Shown here one piece after another: positions 48,010 through 62,100 of a stretch of DNA of 64,000 nt (position 1 is its first letter; each line of letters starts with the position of its first letter). The notes below the pieces were generated by a model that searched no databases, was not told where the DNA came from, and worked only from the letters and a program-made list of their open reading frames with translations. The position numbers and the translations under genes are program-made. Source of the DNA: Takakia lepidozioides (lineage: Eukaryota > Plantae > Bryophyta); contig CM060734.1 in the NCBI GenBank assembly GCA_030704615.1, positions 24,986,001 through 25,050,000 of the forward strand, read 5' to 3'.

Positions 48010-49150
48010 CGCTCACATGCTCACGCGGAAGCATCCCCCGTTCTGGATGAACAAAAACCATGACCACTTCTTTTCGTACTCTATGAAATTGGGTTGTTCG
48101 TTTCTTGTGCCTAAGCAGAGCTTCAACCGTAAATGGACATGGGGTCATTTGCTTGGACAACCAATCTCCTGGAAGGCTGTATGGGCAGACATTTGGAAAA
48201 AACATAGATCAACTAAGATCTCTGCCTTTCTCTAGAGGATAGCCAACCGTATCATTCCTGTTGGTGCTCTAATATCTAACCCCCCTTCCTCTTGTGCTAC
48301 CTGCAATCTGAATGCTCTAGAAGATATTGAGCACTGTCTGATATTCTGCCCCTTTGTAGTTGCGGTTTGGTCACGTGCTATCTCACTGTACTATTTGTGA
48401 AATCGAAACCTTACTTTCTCTGCTTCTGCACTGTTGCTGAACATTCATCAGGGGGTCAATTTCTGTTCTTGCCCTGTGTGGGAATCTCTAAGGGATATAA
48501 TATTATGGCAGATCTGGAAAATGAGGTGCTTGGTAGTATTCCAAGATGCTGACCCCTGTCTTCAGAAGGTGTTGTACTTGGCTTGCTCAGACCTTGTGTC
48601 TGAAGCTCGCAAATCCTAGTGTGTTCTTATGACAGCTCTTCCCAAGTGTAGCAACAGAAGGAGAGCCCAGTTGCTTGCTTCTTTCGACAGCTCTTGGGGA
48701 AAAAACAATGTCTTATGTAGGAGGGTTTCCGACTCTCCAATTGTGTGGGAAGACTCCCTCCCACCCTGCTGGCAGCTCAGTTAGTGTCAAACGCTCCCCT
48801 GTGGAGGCAACTGAGGCCAAGGTGAATTGGCGGCATAGACGTATTCTTAGAAAAGAAAAATCTAAGGTGGAGTTATCTTTTGAGGCTCCTAAAAGACAGA
48901 GAGGCAGTATGCAGTGCAACTTTTGTTAGTGCAGTCTGTTGTTTCCTTCTTGATCCTTGTTCATTCTCCCCTTGTCCTACTTCATCTCTCCCCCTTCTAT
49001 AGAACTGTTGGCTCTGAGTGGAACGTCGATCCTCAGCCTTCATGGCATTGTAAGGTTATTTTTTCCTTACCTATTAATAAAATTTCCAACGCCCTCTTCT
49101 GTTTAAGAAAAAATTCGTTTCTCTAAAAAAACCAAAAAGAAGAAAAAACA
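48010..49150 (+). mobile_element. 5'-truncated L1-type LINE (zf-RVT region) with A-rich tail
   Basis: WKAVWADIW..KISAFL*RIANRIIPVG..CATC..EDIEHCLIFCPFV..W; A-rich tail at 49124-49150. Confidence 0.75.
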
Positions 49151-50111
49151 AGATCAATTGATCTCACAAGAGATTGTTTCATCCATACTTCATCCAATAT
49201 CTTATATACAACCTGGAGCACCACAATAAATATATGCTATGACCTCTAGAGTGCTTCTAAGCTTTTCAGAGGTTGAGCTCTAGGACACGTGGCAGGAAAG
49301 CACTGCAGTAACATCGATCCAGGTTAAAGGGACGGCTAAGGTGGGCCCACAATACCCTAACTATCAGTATACACAGAGAATCTGCAGCGTCACTTTTCTC
49401 CCCTATGACCACGTAAATTTTCTTGTACCGTTAGATTCACTGCAAGACGCTCTAGGACCGTTGGAACGAAAAGGAAGATACCTTGCGTATGAACGAGGGT
49501 CCGACCCGTTTGGCCATTTGTGGACGAGATTCCGGAACGTGGAACCATGTGCAAGCGTATGGAGGTGTCAATCCAGATGCCGGTCCGGGTGCCTCACAGT
49601 TGGGAGGATGCGTGCATCCTCGTGATCGTGAATACAGTGCATGCCCAAATCGTGTTGTGATTGTTAGGGCGATCGATCCTGCGTACTCTGGAGGGTTCAT
49701 AATGTAGCAAATGCGCCGATGTTGTAGATTATACAGGAAGTGCGTGAATGTCTTGTTGACTGAGCTCTCAGATTTGAAATTCTGATGCTTGGGAGAATTG
49801 TGTCATTGTGCTTTAGTCTTTTGAGATACCCTGTGTAGCTCGGAAGCAATCGCAAGGTAGAAAAGGCTCCATTGGGCGCTTCCTAGGTCAGGATTCCTCT
49901 AATTCACGACATGTACATTCTAGAAGTGTGCAACCTGTTCAATTCTTTATCATGAGTTTTTCCGAATGGAAGTAGTTCGAGAGAGATGTGTTAGGCCAAG
50001 GCCAACTCCGGCAACATTACATCCAAAGCTGCAAAAATCCGGAGCTGTCAGAATAGTGAAGATTACAGTATTCAGCAGAACGGACTTCCGATGTAGTTAG
50101 ACTTCGAGAGT

Positions 50112-53100
50112 GTGGCTTTGTTACCCGAGTCAATTCTTGGAATGGTGGCAGTTGCGGCAACCTCTGCAATGCAAGGGTCTTCTGTAGATGACCTCCGCCA
50201 ATGTGGAGGTGAAACCTTGGTAGATGAGAAGAAGGACCCGGTTGATGGATTGATTGAGGCTGCGAAACACATGCAAGTGAAACGGATGAAGAAGATTTTG
50301 TCGCAGCTGGAGCCTGCACAGCTTCCCTCGGTCCAGCTGACATCAGCGCATACTCCCGCGTCTCCGCTTGGCCTCGGACTAGGTCCACATCTTTCCTCAT
50401 CTGTTCTCTTAGCGATTGTTTCCCTTCGCACAAGTTTCTGGTTTTGGAAGGGCGGGGGGTTGGGGGACATTTGCTAAACTCTAGGACAAAGACTTGCTCT
50501 CTCAAGCAGCTGTGAGGACTCGAGAATGCTGTCATTTGTACACACCATATGCCAGCGCATTGAGCAAAATTGTTTAATTAACGAAGTTGGGACAATTCTT
50601 TTTCAATCGTATGTCACGACCAAGAGTGATGAAGATTACATTACTGTTTGCTGGGCTTTGACTTTCACCCCTAGCCTTTGCTGTGAGCTACAATGCATGA
50701 ACGATTGTAACATTAGTGCTTGCTGCAAATGTGTGCACTCAGGTATTGTATCAACGCTCCTTAACCATGACAAATAACAGGATCTGCAAGCATTTTTACT
50801 TAAAAAAGTCATGATGTGTCAGAGCTTCTCCTGACAGCTCCTGAAACTGTCCACACTTCCTTTATTGGAAAAAACAGGTTTCAACAATGAAGGTGAGAGG
50901 TTAGGTGCATGCTGAAAGTTTGGGATAAGACAGAATCTCTCTTCCATTGAAGAACTCCAGAACAGTGGAAGTAAATCTCAATTTGGGAAAATATATCCTC
51001 CGAACTTCAATCCTAGAGGCAGTAAATTACAGTGCACAGTTTTGTCAGATAAAACAATCTAGACACTAGAAAATATTGAAGATGTCCACACCAGGTGAGA
51101 GAATCATTTTTTGAAGGATACCTGTTATGTCGTTAACAGGGTCCGGAATTGGAAACCAGACAGTGGTCAAGCCAAACATTTTAGCTGCTGCGACAGCTTT
51201 CATGGAGTCCCGCGCAAGGGGTGTGAATGCACGCGATGAAAAGGCGCGAACTGCTCTTCATTTTGCAAGTGGAATGGCATCACCTGAGTGTGCGCGGTTG
51301 TTATTGGAGGCTGGTGCTGAACCTAATGCGCAAGATGAGGATGGATTCACCCCCCTTCACATGGCTGCAGGTTATTGCCGGTGCCAGTGTGTCCAACTAC
51401 TTCTAGAGCATGGTACTTCTCACCAATTTCGAGCAAACAATCACTAAGTTTGGACTTTAACGTCAGAAATAGGGTTCATTATATATGACTTTGTTTCAAT
51501 GCAAGTATGTACCCTGCTACATGGCTGCTGCTTAGTCATTCACAATTGTTTATTGGTACAGTTTTGTTAGCAACCCATGAGGTGGGTGTTTATTGCAGTT
51601 GACAGTGGATGACTGTTGATGAATTGGTCAAAGAGAGCACCATGAGAAGCAGGGAGGCATTCAAAGAAGCAACAAGGTAGAGCCATGGGGTATTTTTGGC
51701 AGACAACCTCTTGGAAGATGAACGGCATCAAATTGTAGAGACACAGAACAGAGAGAAGATAGCATAAACCATGTTTATATATGCGGATTGCCAGGGTAAG
51801 TGATTTGGGGCAGAGTGATGGTTGGCTGAGAAACCCCCCTGGACAGGTGCTAGCGTATTTGTACGGGAAAGAGCGGGACGGACGCCCAGGGAGTTAGCAA
51901 TTGAAATACGTGATGGGGGTGCCAATGGACAGGAGACATCAGTGGTGCTTCGTGGGGATATGGACCAGGTCATAGGAATGGTTGTAGATGCTGAAGGCAA
52001 GCACAATGTGCCCATGAGAGAGAAAATTCACAGGCTGCCTGGGAACTGGTCTACATGCGCTCCGTACGAAAAGCTAGTAGCTGCTGCAGCTCTGGGCAAT
52101 GTTGAGGAGGTCCCAAATTTTCTACATTCAGATCCAGGGTGCACTCCAGATTCCATGAAAAAGTCACTGCGCACGGCTGCACTGGGGAATGCCCTCTCAG
52201 GTATATGTGGGCTCAGTGAGGGGTATCACCTCAGAATCTGTTCTTTGCTGCTCAACTACTGACTCTATCTGTGCCTCGACATTTTTTTTCTTTTTGTGGA
52301 TGTAAGTAACCCCTTCAGACTGCTTGGTACGAGCCTTTGATTGAGACACAACATATGTATGTAGTCTTCGGTAGAGATCATGCAATGTAAAGCCTGTCTG
52401 CTCACAGAGAATTCAAGTTAGTAGCATGCTTGTCCCTCTCCTCATTCCCTCCTCTCTGGTACATCCAACCTCAGTACATGGTTTATCGCCACTAGTCTAT
52501 TATCAGCACAGCTCGCTGATACATTTTACTCCCTATCTGTCCTTGGGGCCCCTATGGATGCTGTAGAGTTTCTTTCTTTCTTTCTTTTGTTCTGTGTATT
52601 ATGGAAAAATCCATCCACACAGAAGGTTTACACTTTATTGACTTCAATCTTTCTATCTTATAGATGGGTACCTTACTTTAAGCAGGCGATTGAAGGAGAA
52701 GGCAACAGAAATGAATTGATACTTTATAATGTCTGTGGAAAGCTCAAAGAGCTTATTTTGACCAAAGAAAGCATGAAACAAGAAAGAGGGTGGGGCCCCA
52801 GACAAGCAGCCCAAAAACAAGTATTGATCAAGGGAATGTCTTAGATTCAATGCCTCATGCAGTATACTTCTAAGAATTTCTGTTCCTCACAGTGGAACAC
52901 CTCTGTGAGGGATTGGATATCTTGGAATAAACAGTCGTATCTTCCCCGGATCTCTTGGTAGGCAGTGAAAGAAGAGATTACTTCCCAAAGCCCTTAGAAG
53001 ATTGTACTCATAAGACGTTGTTTGCCGTAGCCTTGTGGCCATTGACCCCGCGCCCAGTTTGAGCGGGAACAAAAGCCCTTAGAAGAGAGGTAGATAGAGA

Positions 53101-56100
53101 TGCAGATAGGTGATGGGGCTGTAAGATTCTATCATCGCAGAGGACCAAAATGTCTCCCAATAGAACTGCAGATTTGAATAAATAAACTCATGAGACGTTG
53201 TTTTTGGCAGCTTTGAAAGAAAGAGATGGAGAGAGATCTAACCAGTTCCTTGCAGCTGCCTGTAGGGGCGGTCATGCGGATGTTGCTGAACTTCTTCTGA
53301 CAAGTGGTGCCCAAGTTGATGCTCATGACCCTGATGGTGCTACCCCTCTCTTGGCAGCAGCCGACAGTGGGTTCAGCAAGTAAGAACTTTCGCAGCACTG
53401 TTGTGCAAAACAACACATGGCGTTAAAGATGTACATTTACTCTGGACACATTAAGTCTACTTTGCTGGCTTTCTGGTGTGTGTGTGTTGTTCTATGTCTA
53501 GGTACATGTCCGCACCATCTGTATAGAGCCAAAGCATCATTTGTCTCTAGATCGTAACCAAGGCTGACAGATCCAAGACTGCCAGCTGCCACTGATGCAT
53601 AGTGTTGGTACCATCACAGCACATGGAATTTGCATAGTCATGTGTCAAGGTGAACTTTTACCGAGAAGTCTTTTGAACAAGGATGCTGCATTGTCACAAT
53701 GTGAATTGATGGTTGGGTGGTGATAGATGTGTGCAACTGCTCCTGAAGCATGGAGCTCATGCAGATGCCAAGGACCGTGTGGGCGTCACAGCCCTGATAG
53801 CTGCGGTAATGCAGTTTCCTCTTTATGCATTTTGTTGCTATGAGTTTTGATATTGTACATACTGAGTTCTTCAAAGCAAACTAAGTATTTTCACATGTAT
53901 ATAATGGAGCCTCATAGAAAGTGTGGAGTCCTTCCAATTCAGTTTTCTTTAAGCTTCCTGTGGACCTGATAATGTTTCTTTCTTTACTACTTCATGTTAG
54001 GTGGACCTGTAAACCAGTGAATCTTACAACATAGCAGCAGTTCTATCAGGAGACATTCTTGGTCCTCTGCGATGATAGAATTCTTACAGCCCAATTACTT
54101 GTCTGCAACTCTATCTCTATCTCTTCTAAGGCCACAAGGCTACGGCAAACAACGTCTTATGAGTACAATCTATCTCTTCTAAGGGCATTGGGAAGGTCTA
54201 GGGTGGGCTCACACACCCTGCGAAGAGAGACTGGTAGGTGGAACAACCTGGAGTGTGCTATTTGCTTGTGCCCTGCTTGAACAAGAGGTGACAGAAGGGA
54301 GATTGAAACTGAAGAACAATTCTTCTTTCATTGCCCTCACTACTATGAGATCTGGCGGAGACACTATTGCCTATTCTGAGACAGCCAATCCCTTACTGAG
54401 GTGTTCCACTAACACTAACTAACTAGCTTGGCAGCACATCTGCGTGAGGCATTACAACGTAGAGAATCCCTTTATGAATAGTTGTTTTTGAGCTGTTTGT
54501 TGTGGGCCCGACTCTCTTTCTTCTGTCCTTGCTTTCTCTGCTCTTTTAGCTTTCCGCGGTCGTTATGAAAGTTTAATTTCTTTTCTTTCTTTGTTTTCTT
54601 TGCCTTCTTTATCGCATGCGGATGCCACTTCTGTCGTGCCCATATCGGGTGTGGGGCCTATGACTACAGAGCCATGGAAGGAGGGGTCTAGTGAATGCAT
54701 TCCCCTCTCTTGTCCATGTGTCCATACCACCAAATGCCCTAGCTTTCTTAACTGTGACTTTGCATGAGACTGGCCTCTGATTGTGTCTGATGCAGAGGTA
54801 TAAGTTGAACTTGCACATCACTATTGACATAGAAACCATGAATCAGTAGTTCAATACTTGACTTGTAATCATATTCGTTTGCAGGCATACAATGGCCACA
54901 TAGAGTGTGTGCGGGTGCTTCTAACACATGGCGCATTGGTAGATGCAAGGTCCCATGGTGGTGTAACCCCGCTCATCGCAGCTGCTGAGGGCTGCAATGC
55001 TCTCTGCACGCAAGTCCTTGTGCAAGTAAGCCCTCGCTTCAACAGACTGTACTCGAAAATTACTGATACCCATGTTCTGGGGTGGTCTCTCTGGGATCCA
55101 CTTAAGTGTTTGTGTATATGTGTCATGTATGCAGGTAGCATTAAGGGCAGGGGTACTGCTGGGAATGCACTGTATGAACGGAAGTAAGATGTAAAGAGTA
55201 CCAGGAAGGTTTTAATGTGAGCAGGCATTTGTGCTTCTCTTCATGATATATTGTACTCATAAGACGTTGTTTGCCGTAGCCTTGTGGCCATTGACCCCGC
55301 GCCCAGTTTGAGCGGGAACAAAAGGGACAGAACCTACCTCTGTCAGGGGCTGACGTTGGTAGTAAGACTTACCTCCATATAAAGAATTAATCCGGGTTTT
55401 CCAGATATCCTCTAGAAATCCCTTCACACAAGCATCAATCTGCTGTGTGTGATTTGCCCAAAAACTAGGCCTCAGGAGGGCCTGGGCTTTTGGCTCAGCC
55501 TCGAGACTTTCAAAGTTGGTAAACAGGGGTACAGGCACAATTCCCTTAATAGATTTGAAGAGAGCGTCTCTTTGGTGAGAGAACCCCGGACAGTGTATCA
55601 GAAAATGAATACTGTCTTCAGATTGCCCACACAACGGGCAATTGCACTCTCCCTTTCCTCTCTGCTTCTGTTTGCTGTTCAAAGGTAGGCTTCCTGCCCT
55701 GAGTTTAAATTTCAGTCTAGTGCCGAGAGTGGGTAGACCCTTGAGGTCATCCAAGATGTCCTCCCCCATGTCACAGACTGGAAACAAGTTCAGGGAAGTT
55801 TTCTGCCTAACTTCATTTTCATCAGACAATCTCATGGCAACAGACATGGCTGAGGACACTACAGCCTCTAAGTCAGATTTATCCAGCAGGGTCAAGACTT
55901 GCGGATCCAGGTCCAGGTCCTTGAGGATCTCTTCTACTCTCTTCTGCCAGGACTTAGCCTGTTTGACAGGGCGGTCCTGTTTCCAAGATATAGAGTCGAT
56001 TAACTTAGGATATCTGGTGTTGGGCATATGTTGCAGCTGACCCCACCATCTGACCTTGAATTCATCTCGTCGGGAGCTTAAGGACGGAATGCCAAACTCA

Positions 56101-59100
56101 CCCCGAACAGCCACATTGGCTGTTTTGGAGCATGCTGACATACACTCCTTAAGCACCCCCACTTGAATGGATTCTAGAGACTTAGCCTGGTTGGAGTTAT
56201 CAACCCATATAGCAGATCCGTACTCCAAGGCAGGTCTAATAACGCGACAAAGCATGGTTTTCTTAACCTCAGAGTTGACCCCTCTGCAGTGGAAAAATTT
56301 AGTGAGCCCCAGATCTCTTCGTGGTGGGAAAACACCTTTTGATCTCAGTCCAAACCAGGAAGTGGTCAGAGGTACCAATATCAGTTCTGTCGATCAACAC
56401 ATTGGCACACTGGGGGAATAAAATTTTGTCCATTATGATATAGTCCACAATGGAACGTTCCCCAGTTTGGGGTTTCTCACGAGTCCACTGCACTTGGTCA
56501 CCTCTTGTCCTGTTATTCAAGGTCAATAGCTGAAGCTCTTCTAGACAGTTAATTAACCGTCTGCCATTAGAATTCAGCTCGTCCTCACCAAAAGGTCCAA
56601 TGATATCGTCCTGATGGATCCCTTTGCCCACCCGGGCATTGAAGTCCCCCAATAGTACCACCTGACCTTTGGCAAGGAACGAAGCACAGTCCAGCTACTT
56701 CGAAGGCCTTGTCACTAAGGGTCCCCTCTGGGGGCATGTAAACACAACCAACAAAGAGGTCCTTTGTACTCATGCCACCCTTCAAATTCAGTTTTAGCCA
56801 GATACTATGCTCGTACCTCAAACCCTTGTTGATAATTTCACTATTGTCAAACAAGAAATCTCCGACCCCTTTTTGACCGCGTTTGGCAGAGGCTGCCTTG
56901 AGAGTACACATCTTACCTGCCCATTTATAACCAATGACATCTCCAACCAGTTTATCTGACGTTTCCCATGTTTCTTGCCCAGCACAGATATGAATATCAT
57001 TAGTCCGAAGATTTTGTCCCGGTAGGAGTCCGCTTGTTACCATTCAGAGATCACACTCCAGGGAGTTGCAGGGAATGGCCCGTGTAGGCATATTCTAAAG
57101 AAGGAAAGGCCCCAAGCTTTCCAACTAAATCCAATGCACTACCTTACCTGAAGCAAAGCGCTTCGGGTCGAAACAAACAAGGACACGAGGTCACAAGGCC
57201 GGCATTTAGTCACAGAGACATTAATGTACTCCCGTTTCAAGTCCACCCAATGTCAATAGGCTTCCTAGAGGACACGGAGATCTCTTCATGATATAGATGG
57301 GTTCTGGCATTTTCCCCAGGTGTAAGAGCCGGGGACTTTGAGAGGTAAAGTAATTATAGAAGAGTGTCATTGGGGCAGATTCCTTCTCACAGTAAGTTGC
57401 ATGGGTTGTGTGGCAGGCAGGTGCACAAGTGGATGCCAAGACATCGGAGGGAAAGACTGCACTGATACATGCTGTCAGTCGAAACTGTATCGAAGCAACG
57501 GAGGCTCTACTAGTTGGAGGTGCAGATGTGAATGCAATTGATGCAGATGGTTGCACTGCTCTTCATCATGGAGCTCGCAATGATTCTGTAGAATGCTTGT
57601 AAGACCTTTATAATCCATGGCTTTTGGTGCAGTTGTGACCAAGTTCTTGTCCATAAATTAGATATGTTTTCTTGCGGTCAAGAGGAGGAGAGGGAAGGGG
57701 AAGGGAGGCTATGGTGGTAAAAGAGAGACAAAGCCAAAGAAAACAAGTCAAATAAGTATTGAGGTTTAACGGTCTCCCGTGTATAATGAACTAAGACAGT
57801 TGCTTTCCTCTCATGCCTACAGACAAATTTTGATGGAGAGGGATGCAGATTCTACCCGCAAATGTCGGCGTGGCCGGACTCCACTGCAGGAAGCTCTCAT
57901 AGGCAGCGCGGCTGCCAAGCTCTTGGTATGTCTTGATTCTTGAATTTGAATTTCTCACACTGTTCATGATCTCTTTAGTTTCTCTGACCTTCAAGGGAAT
58001 GTTACACAATGGTTCATGTATTATTTGGGTGTGATTGACTGCAAAATGTAAGGCACTTTGAAATTTACTCCTAGTTGTTCATGTTTGTATCATACAAATG
58101 TATGTCTGTGTACCTGCAGATGTAATGTGCAATGCAATATTCACAAAAGTTCGAAGTCATTCCTTCATATTACCAAGCTCAAAATTTAGACACATCAAAT
58201 CATTAACAGTTGTAATTTGACTGTACGTGAATCATTGCGTGTAGTTCCCCATCTCTGGCAATTTCAAGTACTTGAATAGTACTTCAAAGAACATGGATGG
58301 AACCTTGCTAAGTCCTTGTCTTAATTTCTCTCTTCCAATGTTGAAACAGTCAGTCTCTCATGTGACACTGCATAGGTCCAAATTTCAGCTAATGGCTCGC
58401 TTAGTTGTGGGCGCTGGATTCATGATCTGGCTTCAAGTTTCTAGGCTCATTGAGGGGTTCTGAAGGTGCCAGCAGGATACAATGGGGACGCAGTTTTCCT
58501 GCCATTGGCCCGCAACTAATAGAGCCGGGGTTAGTCTACGGGCCAATGGGGACAAGGCCTAAGTGAGGTGCCCTTGTTTTGCCAAAACATGCATACAATC
58601 CCTATGCGACCCATGGTATTGGGGAGCACGGGCTCCACCCCTCTGGTGGGCCCCATGGCTCACACAAATAGGCAATACAGGTCCTGCCGTGCAACATTGG
58701 CGGCCTGGATCCGCCAGGGTCCCCTAAAACAATTTGGGGCCACGTACGTAGATTTGGGCAGCTGGTGCAGTGAGATGTTGAAGCTGCTAACTGTGCCATT
58801 TCAGCTTAGTTTGTGATCTTAACTTGCTGTATTCCTGTCATCAAAAAAATCTTTTAGGTACTTGAAAACTTAGTACATTTCTTGAGCAGGAGGAACGGTG
58901 GAAGCAGCTGGAATCAGAGATTGCGAGGCGGCAAGCAGAGCTTCTCAATTTATTTGCCCAGGATAGGACTGAACCCTCCAATACACGGAAGTCTGTCTCA
59001 CGGCAGGCCCGTGTAAAGAAGAAAGGGAAGAGGAAGAAGGATCTAGGTGAAAGGGTTGAATCTGGAAGAGATGGGGAGTTCATCAAACTGGTGTCAAAAA

Positions 59101-62100
59101 CAGAAATAGAGAGGGGCACTCCAGCCATGGACATGTCATCCTCATCAGGGTCAGACGCTGAAGGAGGCGCTTCAGAGAATGAGAGAGAGCAAGTGATGGT
59201 AGGTCTTGGTGTTGGATCTGAGGAAGAAAATGTTTGTGAAAACAGATCTGTGGAGCCTCATGAGAAAGATGCTACATCAGGGGGCAAGTCCCCATGCATG
59301 TCACCAAAGGTTGAGAGAGAGTTTAGTGAGTCTTCAGGGGTGGAGGGTGGTAGCCCCAGTAGTAGTCATAAATTCAAGGGAGATTTTCCTGCTGGAGATG
59401 ATGCCACAGACAAAAAGGGGGAGGAGTGGGTAAGAGTTGATGGCAAAGGCATGCATAACCACCACCAACGCTTAAGCTGTGGCCTCACTACCAAGACTGG
59501 TTCTCCCACCAAGTCTCTGGCTGGTTCAAAAGCTCGGCATTCGAGCTCAAAATCCTTGAAATTAGGGGAATCCTATAGGATGGATGCTATGACTAATAAT
59601 AGCATGCAGTCTACCACAGTCAGCAAGTCACATAATGCACAGAGAAGCAAGCAAACAGAGACAATGGCGGGTGGTGTTACAAAAAAACTGGCTAAAGAGG
59701 ATGAGTCCAACGACACATCATCATGGGTGCAAGCTCTGATGAGAAGGAATGATGTTGTGGTGGAGGGTAATTACCTGAAACCACAGCTGAGGCCAGGGAT
59801 GAAGGCTTTCTCAGAGCCTAGATCTGAGGCCACCTGGGAGACAGCAGAGGTGGCCCCCTTCAAGGAGATACGACGTAGCCCTAAAGAGCGCCTTTCTGAC
59901 CGGGTACGAGGCATCGAGCAAGTGTTGGAGAGGGAGAGACGAGCAGCCCAAGTTGAAATGCAGAAGGTGACTGAAGTCTGCACCATGGAAGCACATCAAA
60001 TGATTACAATATCCCAGATTTTGTATGCAGTAATGGGTAATATATTGCGTAGACATGAAAACTGTAATGGACATGTAGTACCAGCTTAGCATGGACGGGA
60101 GAAAGAATGTGGTTTGCCAGCCTTATGCATTTTGTTGTTGAAAGTGCTTTTAAAAACAGGACAGGTCAGAAAGATGACCTCCCGGTGGACGTTGCTGGTA
60201 GAAATTATTGACAAAAATCAACTTCTAGATTGAGACCGACAGACAGATTATGAGCTTGAAGCAATTTCACTTTAAACCTGCTGTGATCTGACTGTCGCAA
60301 CAACACACGTCATTCAAGTGTTCAACTGCTTGTTTTGTGTGACAATGAAGGTGAGAGAGCTGGAGAGGTTGGTGGCTGCGGGGGGGTTAGGCAGTGCTGT
60401 GGAGAGTGCCAACTCGCTGCAGGTGATTGAGTTAAGAGAGGCACTGGAAGTTCAGGTTACTGCACGAGTGCAAGCTGAAACTGCAAAAACACAGCTAGAA
60501 GTTCACGTTCGAGAAATGGAAGTGCTAATTACATCACAGAGATTAGCCCTAGAAGAGGCAAAGGTACAACTCTTGGACTGGAGTGTCAATTTCTTTCTCT
60601 CTTTGTTTCTCGGGAAACAACGTCTTAAGAGTATATTCTCTTTGTTTCTCAGGTTGTTTCTTTGTTTTTGACACAGTATTCTCATCAGCTCTTTGGGCTT
60701 CATGTGGACTTGATAAAGTTCCTCCCCTCCTTTGTTTTCTGAAGTGGTTACTGGTTTTTTACTGTGTCCCATGGGCCCTCTCTAGCTGTTATCAAGTCTC
60801 TTATCTTTCTTTCTGCCCTTTTCTGTGTGACTGGTAGTGGAAGAATCTGCACTATGTCATGGTGCAAGCTAGCTGACAAGAGCAATCAACCTCATGTGTT
60901 CTCGTATTTTGTCAATTTGAGGGTGGAGTCAAGGTCTTCATCAGCTGTACGTGAACACTGGCAATTTCGTTTTCCTATATCCTATTAGGCTGAAACCTCA
61001 ATTGGCTCCAGCTTAGAGTACGTCATGAACAACATTTACAGAAAGAGCTCAGTGAGTACATTCTCTTTTTAGTTTCTTATAGTGGTAGCAACTGTCTTCA
61101 TTGAAAAAGACTCATTTAACGTTGTTGTAAAGGAACTGCTAAACAGTTTTTGACCAGTATTCTAAACTGACCTCTTAACGGTGTTTGAATCGATTTCCAG
61201 GATATATATTCTCATATATATATATTTTGTTTTTGTCCTCGGGCATCTCTAGAAAGCGCAGCGGAAGATAGTGAGGGCCAGATTACTATCCTCACTATAG
61301 TAAAGATACTGCCTGATAGAGCTCACAAGAGCAGTATCTTTACACACTTGTTTGTATTACCGGTGTGTGCAGGCTGAAGTAGCTGATCTGAGGCTGGAAA
61401 TGCGTCAGAGGGAGGAGCAACACAAGCGAGAGTGTGACCTACAACACAAAGAATCAGTTGCTGCAGCTATGGCCGCAGCTGCTGCCAGCTGGCGGGCTTG
61501 GGAGCTTCAGCACACAAGAGGGAGTTTGCGAGGAGCTTGGGCAACTGGAAGTCAAGAGAGCCCAGCACATGGTGAGTTTGCCCCATTGCTGCATCGAGCA
61601 GGCCTCAAGATCCATTTAGGCATCCAACCCCCTCTCCCTTTTTTGCTTCAAAAGAAGCACAGAGCGCGAGGGGCGAAACAGAGGCCCGAATGGGATTCCG
61701 CAGCCACTGCTGCAGCTGTGGCAGCAGCAACCATGATAGGAAGGAAGAATTGTGCGTGCCTTCTGTTAGGTCATTTGAGGGCGCACTCACCAGCTATTTT
61801 GGCAGGTGGCTCCCGGCACTCTACAATAATTGATCCAGTCCCCAAACCTGTCAAGTTAACAGCATCGCAAGTCCACCATGACATGGATTCCACAGCAGCA
61901 GCAAGTTTGCAGGTGTGCAACTGGTGTGGACAGGGCTCTCACAGTGGGGAAGCAAGCCCACCACTTTCACCAGTCAGTAACAAGATGGAGACAGACCATA
62001 GCCAGAATCCGAAGGATGATGTGGACCTGGGCTCAAACCAAGCTGGGCGACTGGCATCAAATAAATCTGCAGGCAAATCACCAGGGGTAGGGATAACTCG

